Origin: Laetmonice hystrix
Taxonomy: Eukaryota
Reading direction: 5' to 3'
NCBI GenBank assembly: GCA_965235115.1
Contig: OZ249436.1
Coordinates: forward strand, 23,810,001-23,874,000
DNA: 64,000 bases
The position numbers and the translations under genes are program-made. Shown piece after piece: positions 24,762-37,347 of this stretch (position 1 is its first letter; every line of letters begins with the position of its first letter). The notes under the pieces are model-generated. The model was not told the DNA's origin, searched no databases, and saw only the letters and a program-made list of their open reading frames with translations.

Positions 24762-27172
24762 AATAACTAGCGCCGATGTGGCTTGGGCCAACATCTTGTA
24801 TCCCATCCCCTGGCAATGAAAATCATAGATACATTATCATGTTAGACTACCTCCACGTCATCGATAGGCCCGTAGATCGAAAGAGCATATATTATTTCTT
24901 CCTATATGACCTCAATAATTAATATTGGTCATCTATCAATGACGTCATTGTCACGTAATACGTCCCCCTACATAATAGATGTTGTTACCTTTTGAAAAAA
25001 CATGTACCTATTATAGCTTCAATAGTAACCATAGCTCTACCTGGCCCCCTTTCAGAGTTATAGCTGTTTCAATAATATTGGTGATCTATCAACATCGATT
25101 TTCTTTTTCATTTCGATTTTGGAGACCCCTCTGCCGAAAATCCTGGGCCCGTGGCTGTATTTTGAGTTAGCCTAACAATAATGTTTGTCAATTCTTCAAA
25201 AAGAAAGAGTGGGGATAGGGCCTATATAGAGGGGGCCCACGCCAGGCAGCGCCAGGCAGGCCCTTCAGTGCTAGCGACTACCGCCCGGCAATCAATTTTT
25301 TCTTTCCTATAGTTATTTCTTCTTTCCTACAGCTATATTCTCACTGTGATCTCACCATTTGATCTCTCACTGTGAGATCATTTTGACATCTCTCTGACAT
25401 AAAACAGTACCAATATATTGGGCTTTCCTTAGAAGAATACGATCTTACAGCAATCTCATAGCGATCTAACCATGATCTCAATTTCTTCTCACACTGTGAG
25501 ATCATTTTGACATCTCTCTGACATAACAGTACCAATATATTTTTGAAATGACGTTGTCGCACCACCTTCCTGGGTTCCCACAAGGACATTCTAGAAAAAA
25601 TCCTGGCTTAATCAGTTCTAACCATTGCGTGGGCACGCTGTAGTATCTCCTGTGCCAGTTAAGCACTGACGCTAAACACCCGTACCCCCGTCCTCACTAT
25701 TGATGTTTCCCGTCGGAAATTCAAATTGGTTTTTCTATACTGGGTTGTTTTAAAATTAAAAAAATATCATCTCTACGTCCCTGTATTGTTCTTTTCACAA
25801 TTAGCGAAAAAATAAAGCGTAATTTTACACAATGATAGCTGTTTTTGAATGACATGACGTGAATTATTTGAAGTCGCTAGAAGTTCACCTATTGACTGTG
25901 TTTCGGACAGTCTAGTCAATCTCAATGATAACAGCGCCACCACCTGAGATTTACATGATGTCAAGGTGATGTCGGAATTTTATAACATTTTGACATCAGA
26001 AAGGTCTCAATATTTGTTCTCACATAGTGAAGTCATTATGAGATTGCTGTGAGATCAATGTGTGATCTTACTAGCTGAGATTTACGTGATATCAAGGTGA
26101 TGTTGGAATTTTATAACATTCTGACATCAGAAAGATCTCACTATTTGTTCTCGCATAGTGATATCATTATGGGATTGCTGTGAGATCAATGTGTGATCTC
26201 ACCAGCTGACATTTATGTGATATCAGGGTGATGTCGGAATTATATCTCATTCTGACCTCATGAGATCATACTGACATCATAATGATTGCGACTTCACACC
26301 TGTGAGGAAAAAGTGACCTCACTGTGATCTCAGCGTTAGCTCACTTCCCGACTGGGAAGGATTTAGCTAGGCCTATGGCAAATTGTCCCTTTGTGTATTC
26401 TGAATACACAATCACATTCCTCCAACCCCTCCCTGACTGGGAGGAAAATATAGGGCGCAGCTGGCCAAGAGTTCTCTCTTAACTTCAAGAAGACGGCTTA
26501 ATATCATCAGTGTTGTTTTATTCCGCTGTCCTCCAATATAAGATTCAAGAATATAATATATTAGACAGTAATACCTACAGTTTTATATAAATACAAATGC
26601 CCAGCTATTCAATTAAGTATTTTCCCAGCACAAGGGTCCATCAACATCAACCCATCCTGACTGGGGGGAATGGGGCAGTCACCGCCCGACCTTATCAGCA
26701 GCAGTTACGTAACACTGCCAACACCGGGCAGGGAGAGGCGGCTGGCCATGCACAGCGGGTGATTTGTGTATTCAGAGATGCCAACCGTTAGTGTAAAAAT
26801 ATCATTGTTATCCATTAAAACTTACAATTCTGGTCAAATTATCTTTTAAAAAAAAGAACTAAACAATCAGTGGTATACCTGAATCTATAGACTTTGTAAT
26901 TGTTGTATTTGTATGTGGCTATCTTAAACATGTTTCAAGGTACAGACTGTCAAAGCTAGATTAAAGATATTTCATCATAAATTAAAAATTATTGGTAAAT
27001 TTATGAAAAGGATTATGCAAAGTGATCAATCGTCAATGCCAGCACATATCTAATTACCAAATACACGATTCCTAAATGACTGAAGCCGTTTTAGAAAAAA
27101 ATGTCAAAAGTGACAAACTTCAAAGTCACGTGGTACAGCGAAAATAGGTCTAATGGCTTATTGCTGAAGTTT

Positions 27173-27817
27173 TCCAGTCGCTGTGATATCAATTTGAAAT
27201 CACATATCTTACTGTGATCTCACCATTTGATCACTCACTGTGAGATCATTTTGACATCTCTCTGACATAACAGTACCAATATATTTGGCTTTGCTTAAAA
27301 GAATACGATCTCACAGCAATCTCATAGCGATCTAACCATGATCTCAATTTCTTCTCACACTGTGACATCATTTGGACATCTCTCTGACATAACAGTACCA
27401 ATATATTTTTGAAATGACGTTGTCGCACCACCTTCCTGGGTTCCCATAGGGACACTCTAGAAAAAATCCTGGCTTAGGCAGTTCTAACCATTGCGTGGGC
27501 ACGCTATAGTATCTCCTGTGCCAGTTAAGCACTGACGCTTAACACCCATACCCCGTCCTCACTATTGATGTTTCCCGTCGGAAATTCAAATTGGTGTTTA
27601 CGTGATATCAAGGTGATGTCGGAATTTTATAACATTCTGACATCAGAAAGATCTCACTACAATTGTTCTCGCATAGTGATATCATTATGGGATTGCTGTG
27701 AGATCAATGTGTGATCTCACCAGCTGACATTTATGTCATATCAGGGTGATTTCGGAATTATATCTCATTCTGACCTCATGAGATCATACTCAGCGTTAGC
27801 TCACATACCCGACTGGG
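27173..27817. mobile_element. MITE-like insert with CCAGTCG...CGACTGGG ends and GTGAGATC/GATCTCAC subterminal repeats; longer partial copy at ~25340-26356
   Basis: Short inverted ends plus many oriented subterminal repeats, an architecture resembling CMC/EnSpm elements. TSD not resolved. Confidence 0.5.
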
Positions 27818-28828
27818 AAGGGTTTAGCTCTAGGCCTATGGCAAATTGTCACTTTGTGTATTCTGAATACACAATCACATTCTTCCAACCCCAACCTGAC
27901 TGGGAGGAAGAGGGGGAGTAGTAACCGACCCGCCGGGCGGCCGGCCCTTATCACCAGCACTTACGTAACCCCCTGCCGACCCTGGGCCTGGCTTCACCGC
28001 GGGCGTTCTGTATATTCAGAAATGCCAACCGTCAGTGTAAACATATTAATGTTATCCATTAAAACTTACAATTCTGGCCAGATTACCTTTCCAAAAAAAG
28101 AACTAAACAATCAATGGTATACCTGAATCTATAGACTTTGTAATTGTTCTATTTGTATGTGGCTATCTTAAACACGTTTTATGGTAGAGCCTGCAAAGTC
28201 AGATAAGATATATTTTATCATAAATTAAAAATTATTGGTAAATTTATGAAAAGAATTATTCACAGTGATCAATCGTCAATAGCAGCACATATCTAGTGAC
28301 CAAATAGACGATTCCTAAATGACTGAAATGGTTTTAGAAAAAAATGTCAAAAGTGACAAACTTCAAAGTCACGTGGTACAGCGACAATAGGTCAAATTGC
28401 TTATTCCCGACTCGAGCAAATAAAGCTCACTACAGAAGACCTGTCCACCAAAAAGTATTATATTTTCTCAAAAAATGGCACAGGAGTAGGAATTTGACCA
28501 CTTTAGGACATATGACCTACTTTTCCATGACGTCAAAGGTCAAAGGTCAAAATAATGAAGATTAGTAAAAAGGGTCTATGCCCGATTATTAGACTATGAA
28601 AAGTTTTGGGAAACTATGGATTATGACTTCAAGAAATGCCTATAAGTTTGAAATGCAAAATACGTCATGACGTCATGACGTGACGTCGTATGACGTAATA
28701 ATTATAGGGATCGATTCTCCCTACCATTCTGAATGTCCATGCCAAGTTTTATTTGGATATCTGTATCAATGACTGAGCTGTATGCACAAAAGCAACTACT
28801 ACAACTACTACTACTACTACGGGAATAA

Positions 28829-30536
28829 CTAGATAGGATGTGGCGATAGCCACATTATGAATCCCATCCCCCTGGGGCGTTTCCGTCCGACCCATTGTAT
28901 TCTATTCGTTTTCAACATGAAACATTGCTCCATCTTGTACCTTTCACAAGAAATTCCAATGCCATCATTATCATAGGCATCGGAAGATAATTTTCCAGGG
29001 GGGGGGGCAAAGATACAGGGTTCAGCACCGTTTAGCATGTGCAGGCCTGTGGAAATTTTGAGAATATGTCAATGACGTCAATATGACGTCATACGATATG
29101 CTATATAATAAATATTAAAAGAGCATATCTTTCCATCGTGTTTAAGAGTGACTATGGGCCTTTCTGGCACCGTTTAGCAGTTACACTTACAGGACAAAGT
29201 AAATCATTAAGCGACACAGCAGGATTATACTAAAATATGAACATACTTATACCTTTATAAGGTGATTTTACGTTACTATGCGAGTATTATGCATTTTATC
29301 TTTTATTTTTGTGATTAGGCTCTGAGCCAAACAGAGCAGTGCTTTATACAGTCTGCAATTTGGTGGCTCCATCTGTAGGTGCTGCGATCCCGGCCTTGTA
29401 GAACCAATGGGCGAGCGCTAAGGGATAGGACATGCCTCAGCAAATATTGAGATTTGAATGCTTTGGCCCATTTTGGAGCAAAAGAAAGGTATTAAATTGC
29501 ATGTAAAACGGGATGATTTTCAAGATAGGCCCTAAAGAGAATTTCCTTTCAGATGGTGTAGTCAGCTATTTACAGAATGTACAACAGTTCATATAGGCTG
29601 AAAGTTTGAAAAATAAACACCACTTTTTCGGCACCCATGTTCACATAGTAGCATATGCGGCCACCAGGGGGCGGCAGGTAAGCGTGGGAACACACGTGTC
29701 CTCAGCCCTTCGCCTGCCGAGCAGCGCCATGAACTTCTGCAGAATGATGCTTTTTAATATAGTTTTCGAAGGCGCCTCTTTGCCAGTAGCAGGGATATGG
29801 TGGCCAAATGGTTAAATCTACGATAAACCAGGGAACCGTGCTTTTGAACGGTGTATATCCTTTATTTATACAACCCTACTTAACATGCGGTATGAAAGAA
29901 AGAATATACCACAGTTATCATGTCGCTATAATTACCTTCACCACCACCCCCCCCCCCCCCCATCCCAAAGCAAAATCCTGGATCATCCGCCAGTCTTTTA
30001 TGGGGATATTTAATGAAACAGAACGCAGTGCAGTGGGCAGTGTCCAGGTGTGTGTATGTGAGTAGAAAGTAAATCTTGTGGGTTTTGGGCCAAAATCGGG
30101 TTCGTCTGTTCTGAGAACTGTTGGTCAGGGAATCATACCTATACCTAGATGAAGGGTTTGCAGCAGTAGCGGTGGCGACCTTCCCTCCCGCCAGGACGTC
30201 CCTTCCACCGCCAGTCCCCCTCCCCAGCCTGCTGACTTCAGTCCGATTAAGGAGAAGGGCGTCTGTCACCCCCGATCCCCATATACCAAGTACTAACTAA
30301 CTGCTGTTCCAAATAATGTGGCCATAATAATGTGGGTCTTATTCAATGTGTTACTGATATCTCAGTCACCCTAACCCCCATGTACCCAAGCACTAATTAG
30401 GCCTACTCTGGTACTTCTCCAAATAATGTGGTCTTAATAATGTGGGTCTTATTTAATGTCTTACTGATGAAGATGTGGTGAAAAAAGGGGAGCTTTTTCA
30501 AGTAGAAAATGTGGCAAGGCTAGCCATATAAAGATC

Positions 30537-30606
<70 letters not shown>

Positions 30607-33600
30607 TTAACCAACAGCAACAAGGGTGGGGGTTGCAGAAGATAATTGCAGGTCACTAATTGATCCCTTAATTTATGTGCAGACCGCCACTGCCTGCCTG
30701 TCTGCGCTCCATCTATTAATAGGGTTGGGAGAGACATGTGCGGTCAGACAACATGTGCAAGCATTTCAAAAACTTAGACCCCCTACATGTAACGAATGAT
30801 TAGGCCTACTTCCTTTCATTATTAGAAGTCTCCTCAAAAGGTTTGATACCAGGTAACAAAACTCGCAACGGCGATACGGCCATAATTGTGGTCAGTGTGA
30901 GCAAGGAGTATAGAATTCTATACTCGTTGGTGTGAGCAGGGGAGGCAGGCAGGCAGGCGGGCGGGCGTTCATTGCAGGGTGTCTGCTGCCAACATCCCCC
31001 ATCTCTTTCCAACCGTCGCCTGCCCAAACTATAATGAGTATTGCCTTTATATTTTAGAGGCCTGAAGCTTAACATGTTAGCAAGCTACTCCTAAAATTTC
31101 ATGACGAAGGATGTGATAATGTCGGATATATACACATGCTCTACTTTTAGTCTACCATAGCGACCGTGTCCACGCAGGACTGACCCACATAAGAGAGGGA
31201 ACATGTCACTAAGTAGGTCATCCATTAATCGTGAAATTCGCCGCCTGTCCTCACTATTTTGGTATATATTGAACTGCTGTCTTGTTAATTATAAATTTTG
31301 CTCATTGAAATTTATAATATAAAATAGCAGACACTTTAAAGTCCCTACCCTATACATATTAAAGGGTGTGAGCTTACCATTCCGTCGCTAATGCAAATTA
31401 TACAAATGACGTTGTAGATGACGTAAGAAGTCACGTGACACAAAAATTATGATACCTAATTAAAGAGGCCACCAAAGTGTATCAGGTTCATGAACAATTA
31501 TGCCCCTGTCTGGAGTCTTTCAAACGTTACAGCGATTATTCTCCGAAAAGACCCACATTCAAAACTTCAAGGTCACGTGGTTCTGTGAAAATAGATCAAA
31601 TTGCTTATCCGCTGCTCTATTTTTTGAAGCTTTCATTGGAGAATGTTTTTACCCTATATTATCAAATTTTACCCCAAAATGGGGAAGCATTTACGATTTA
31701 ACCGATTTGTGACGTTTGACCCAGTTCTCCCTAAGGTCAAAGGCCAAAGGTCAAATTAAGGGTCATATTTAGGCAACACCCTTGCCTGATTATAGTGGCA
31801 CGAGGTATTTTTGAAATTCCCGATATGGGCTGAGAAAATGGGCCTAAATGTACAAAAGAAAATCTACGTCATAACGTCATGACATGACGTCATATGACGT
31901 CATGCTTCAAACTGGCATTTCTCTCTGGTGTCCTTAATATGCCTACCAAGTTTCGTATTGATATCTTGAAAAATGAGCGAGATATGATGCTATAAGGGAA
32001 TGAGTCTAACTACTACAACCTACGGGAACTAGATAGGATGTGGCGATGGCCACATTATGAATCCCATCCCCCTGGGGCGTTCCCGTTCTACTAATTTTCA
32101 ACATGAAACATGGCTCCGTCTTGCACCTATCACAAGTTATAATCCTTGCCTTAATAGATGCCAATAATGTCATTATGATGTCAGACAGTACCCTGCTGTA
32201 CATCATGAATCTTGGCGTCAAATGAAAGCAGGGTTCCCTGCTTTTTGTGAACATCCAATTCCCTGAGTGTTTTCCTGAGAATTCCCTGAGAAATTTCCAA
32301 AATTCCATGTGATATATATTTGTGTTTTATAGGTAGCATAACCGATTATAACGGTCCGGAGAGGTGCATTCTTCACACTCTATCAACATTACAAAGCCAC
32401 GATATAAATAAGTCATTTTTTCAGGGATTCCAATACCGTCATAATATGATCATTATGGTCTCCGGTCGATCTGGCCCATGACCGATATGGCCTGGTTGAT
32501 ATGGCCCAGGTAGTTGGTCAATATGGCCCACCCCCGGTCAATATGGTACACTAGCTAGCTTTTCACGGTAATGCCATCATGAGTTGCTAGTCTGGGAATA
32601 TTTCCCTTTGAGGCTGAAGGTGGAGATGTCAGCACCTGTACCTGAGTGTGAGAAAGCTTTTGACGGCACGCTGCATAAATAATATTGGTATCAATTGAAA
32701 GAGCATAATCTTTCCATTCATGTTTAATAGTAACTATGAGAGTATCTCGCACCGTTTAGCAGTTTTACTTACAGGCCTCTGAAAATCGTTATAGTACTCC
32801 ACAACATATCTAGTGCAACTCTCCTCCTATGTAAGATTCAAAAACATCTATGTATTAGACAGTTATACCTACAGTTCAGAACCACAGTTAATTCAGTTAT
32901 GTCTGTTCTGAATACACATAGGCCTAATCCTCCAACCCTGCCCTGATTGGGAGGAAAGGGGGAGTATAGTGACTCACGACCCACCGGCCCAAACTGTGAA
33001 ATCTATCCACATCAATCTGCTGGCTCACTAAACCAAGGACAGCTGGCCAAGAGTTGTTTTGTAACTTTAAGAAGACAGCCTTCATGAGAGTTTTGTTTTA
33101 TTGCTTTCCTCCAATATAAGATTAAAAAAATATGTATTAGACAGTTACACATACAGCTCTAAAGCACAGCTAATTCAGTTGGGGCTGTTCTGGACATACA
33201 GATTCCTCCAACCCCACCCTGACTGGGACGACCGGGTAGTCGACACCAGCCGGCCTTATCAGCAGCAATTACATAACTCTCAGCCCCGGCCAGCGCCGGG
33301 CGGCACCAGCTCACACTGCGGGCGGTCTGTGTATACAGAGACTGCAACCATCCTAGTGCCAAACATAATAATTTGTGAAGACTATACCCATGAAAACTTA
33401 TGATTTTGGCTATATTGCCTTTCGAGAAAAAGAATTAAACAATCAGTGGTATACCTGACTCTATGCACTTTATAACAGACGTACTTGCATATGGCTATGT
33501 TCAATACCTTTCAAGATACAGCCCGTAGAAGTTCGGTTACATAAATCAGAAAGATGACGTCATAGATGACATCACAAGTCTCGTGATACAAAAATTATGG

Positions 33601-34295
33601 TACGTAATTAAAGAGGACATAAACCTTTATAAAGTTAATGAACAATTAAGGCTCTGTCTTAAATCTTTCAAAAGTTACAGCAAGGACCTTTCAAAATGAC
33701 CGAAGTTCAAAATTTCAAGGTCACGTGGTTCAGTGAAAATAGGTCAAATTGCTAAACCCGATGCACCAGTTTTTGGAGCTTTCAGTGGAGAATGTTTCTA
33801 CCAGATATTGTCAAATTTCACCAAGAAATGGGGAAGAAGACGCGATTTAACCGATTTGTGACCTCTGACCCAGTTCTCTCTAAGCTTAAAGGTCAAAGGT
33901 CAAATCAAGTGTCAGATTTAGGCAACACCCATGCCTGATTATATTGCTATGAGGCGTTTTTGAAATTCCCAATATGAGCTTAGAAAATGGGCCTCAATGC
34001 ACAAAACACAATTTACGTCATGACGTCATGACGTGACGTCATATGACGTCATGCTTCAAACTGGCAATACTCTTTGGCGTCCTTAATATGCCTACCAAGT
34101 TTTGCTTTGATATCATGAAAAATGAGCGAGATATGGATATATTTAGTGAATAGTCTAACTACTACGGGAATAATAATACAGAAGATGAAACCACACAATT
34201 TCAAAATCCCATCCCCTTGATGGGGGATGGGATAATAATACGGAAGATGAAACCACACAATTTCAAAATCCCATCCCCTTGATGGGGGATGGGAT
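28829..34295 (-). mobile_element. Family F elements: F1 28829-34295 hosting F2 32029-34233
   Basis: Two 3' ends CTAGATAGG-ATGTGGC-GATR-GCCACAT-TATGA-ATCCCATCCCC and two identical 5' hairpins (34206-34233, 34268-34295). Confidence 0.78.
30537..30596. repeat. (GA)n microsatellite
   Basis: About 30 uninterrupted GA units. Confidence 0.95.
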
Positions 34296-34364
34296 AATAA
34301 TACGGAAGACGAAACCATACAATTTTAAGATCCCATCCCCCTATCGGGGGGATGGGATAATAAA

Positions 34365-34422
34365 AAGGAAGACGAAACCATACAATTTCAAAATCCCATT
34401 CACCCTTTAGGGTGAATGGGAT
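34365..34422 (-). mobile_element. Unmatched C-like 5' terminus: outer edge of the nested stack
   Basis: ATCCCATTCACCCT-TT-AGGGTGAATGGGAT (34393-34422); unrelated sequence follows. Confidence 0.7.
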
Positions 34423-34448
34423 AATAATGACATACGCAGGAGCCTGGA

Positions 34449-34647
34449 GTATACCCCCACCAGACTATACCCGGGTATAATTTGGGCTATCCTAGAATAT
34501 ACCCGGGGTTATTCTGGGCTAGCCCCCGGGGTACAAACTAGGCTTGCCCAGATTAGGCCTATACCCCCCCCCCCCCCCGCAAAACTGTATGAAATAAACT
34601 TGTGGATATTCTACCATGGGAGTATAATCTGGGCTGGGGGGGTATAC
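34449..34647. mobile_element. Small fold-back/MITE-like repeat
   Basis: GTATACCCCCACCAGACTATAC ... GTATAATCTGGGCTGGGGGGGTATAC inverted, with internal TATACCCGGG repeats. Confidence 0.45.
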
Positions 34648-35604
34648 TGGTTTATACCCGGGGGTCAGGTCAGGACTCAGGGGTAACTGAAACGGCAGTA
34701 GGGAGGACCCAGGGTGTGGCAGAGGTTGAATGAAGTGAACGATCTCTGCCATGGAGAGTGCTGCCAGCCAAAACCTGGCCTAACATAGCGGATGCGTCTG
34801 GTAGGCAGGGGACCAGGCTACGACAGAAAACATCGTTCCAGCAAGAAATCAACGATGGACTTTATGCAACAGAATCTACGACATGTCGTTACCATTGTCG
34901 TACGGTCAACGAACATCTACCCATTTTTCGTTATTGTACTGTCGTTGATTGTGCAACAGGCCCCAGAGACTTTATATTATACACACTAGTAGACAGGGTT
35001 CTAGAGGTGGTGTACACAGAGTTACAAGGGATTTAAGCAGTTTGTTTTTGCTTGGCACGTGGCCAAATGTGGGTTCGCAAACATTTGTATTGATGAAATC
35101 ATGATTTTTGACTTGATCTGTATCACATGTCAATTAAGATAAAAAGGATCTGTCGATGTCTTCTGACAGCAGCCTGTGAGATGAATCAATACTAAAAATT
35201 TCAGAGCTCTACTTCTTCTGGATCAAAAGTTATAAGGTCTTGAACATGACATGAAAAATAACACGCAAAAAAAAGCTTGCGAAATTTGCACCCCCCAGGC
35301 ATGTTGAAAGGGTCCTATCTTCAAAACTATTGGACATTTTGCCCTAAAATTTTGACCCACCTTGAATTTACCTCCAAATAGTTACGATATTTTCATTTTC
35401 TCCTTCTTCTGCTTTTCTTCTTTTTCTTCGCTTTCTCTTCCTCCTGCTTCATTGTTATGTATGCATGTAACGTTTTAGGGTCTTTTCTCAGACTGTCTTT
35501 GAGATTATGATGATGAAGCTTGCATAAATTATTGACCATGAGGGGAACTGACCTCTTATTCATGAAGTCATGTGATGTAAAATCATATGTTATACCGTCA
35601 TATA

Positions 35605-35875
35605 CAGTGACGTAGCTAGAAATCCACCAGGGGGGGCGTAAGGGTGTACACCCAGGGGTGTTGGTATGCCCCCCGAAAGATTTGAAATGTAGGATCCTAT
35701 TGCAGGCTATCTGATACATTCTGCAAAGAGTAATATGTTTAGTAATAGTAGTATGTTTTTAGGACTTTTTTAATGCATGAACATGCATGAGTATATTTTA
35801 CAAAATTTATGCTAGGCCAACAAATGGGGGGGGGGGGGCGTATGCCGGGTACACCCATTGGTGGCTACGTCACTG
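35605..35875. mobile_element. MITE with CAG termini and 5-bp TSD (hAT5-like)
   Basis: TIR CAGTGACGTAGC / GCTACGTCACTG, flanked by ATATA on both sides. Confidence 0.8.
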
Positions 35876-36663
35876 ATATAGGTTGAGACCGTTGTGTTCC
35901 TAGGACCACTATAAACATATTATGTATTTTTTTTTTTGGGGTAACATTTGACCTTTGACCTTTAACCTTGCCTATACAAAGAATAAAGGATGCAGGTGGT
36001 TCAAGATGTAGTTTCAACAACATCCCACACACGCAGAGCCAACAACCCCGTTTCCGCCCGTCACTAAACTTGCCCCACGCCCTACCCCCTACACCCAATT
36101 TTGTGGTAATATTACCATGAGGAAATCCGACGACTGTCATCAACTGTTACAACACTTTTACAATACAAACCATATCGAACTGAAATTTACATCAGTATGC
36201 ATCCTAGAATATGTTTTTTTGCACACAAGAAGTGAGGCAAAGCACTTCCCTATTGCCTATATCCTATATCAGGGTCCTACTATTTCATTTTTCTCACATA
36301 CTGGCAAGTGCATAATCATCATATTTATACATCATATAGCTAGACGTTATGGCCCTGTCACACCTTGCCGGATAGCATAAACGGACCTGCGACGGACAGA
36401 AACTTTGTACAAAATAATCATCCGGTGGTGAAAGTCATCTTCGTTGCTGCTCCAGAAATGGATTATGGAGCGGATTGACCGCAACAATTACCGGAAAATT
36501 ACCGGCCAATCTTACGGACACTACTGTACGAGTAATGGACAAGAACTGGACAAAACGAAGACAAAACGCCAGAGAAACTGACAAAACGTTCTTTGAACGA
36601 TTTGTTCAGGTCATGTTTAGGTCCTGACCTGCCAAACCTGGGAAAAGTGGAATTGATAATTAA

Positions 36664-37026
36664 CCCTATACCGGCGACGTTTGTTACGTCACAGTCGTCA
36701 CAGAGGCTGACCCAGTTTTGTGCATCACCCCATGTGGGCGAGCCATTTTGGATTTTCGTCTCGAAAAACGTGATTTTTGGACACATAAATGTCTAAAAGA
36801 CAATAGCAATCAACGTAATATGTAAGGGGGAGGAGTTAGTACAGCTACTCGACAATTGTAGTTGGGTGATTGACAGTCTTTGCTATCAATGGGCCGGATT
36901 TACGTGGAGTGGTCGGAGTAGACAAAAAAGTGCCTCAAGGCATCGTCCGCCCTGGGGCGGTAATGCCTCAAGGCATCGTCTGCCCTGGCACGGTAATGCC
37001 TCAAGGCATCGTCCGCCATGAAAGGG
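36664..37026. mobile_element. piggyBac-like MITE with 3 x 33-bp subterminal repeats
   Basis: TTAA|CCCT ... AGGG|TTAA; repeat TGCCTCAAGGCATCGTC at 36931, 36964, 36997. Confidence 0.55.
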
Positions 37027-37347
37027 TTAAAAGTGACTATTTTATGATCAGAAAGAGTAATATTTGTAATTAGAGACAGTAGCCTACAATTCGTAACACC
37101 CTTTTTTGTATCACCTGGGGCCGGTTTCTCAGTCGCAGTTCGGACCCGGTACAAGCCACGCACTGATCCATGTCCATGCACAAGCGTTTCTTTGTGGTCA
37201 ATCCCGCGGCCTAAGACCTCAATTAAGACCGGAAAGTTGAGACTGCCACAGAGGTGGCTTAAGCCCAGTAGTGGGCCGAGTGGGCAGTGTCGAAAATGAT
37301 CCGGCAATATCGCCGCCATTGGCTACAACGTAGGCTATACAACTAGG

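Larger units (their letters stand above)
24767..34358 (-). mobile_element. Family E element (body 24767-28827, 5' hairpin 34330-34358), hosting F1 and F2
   Basis: 3' end: CTAG, GATGTGGC-TTGG-GCCAACATC hairpin, ATCCCATCCCC. (ACT)n at ~28795-28820. Confidence 0.7.

Noticed and set aside
161..34318. Dozens of recurring 60-130-aa ORFs
   Set aside because: They recur only because the elements repeat, often translate microsatellites (poly-V/T/I/S), and show no domains. No Rep/Helicase ORF is present.
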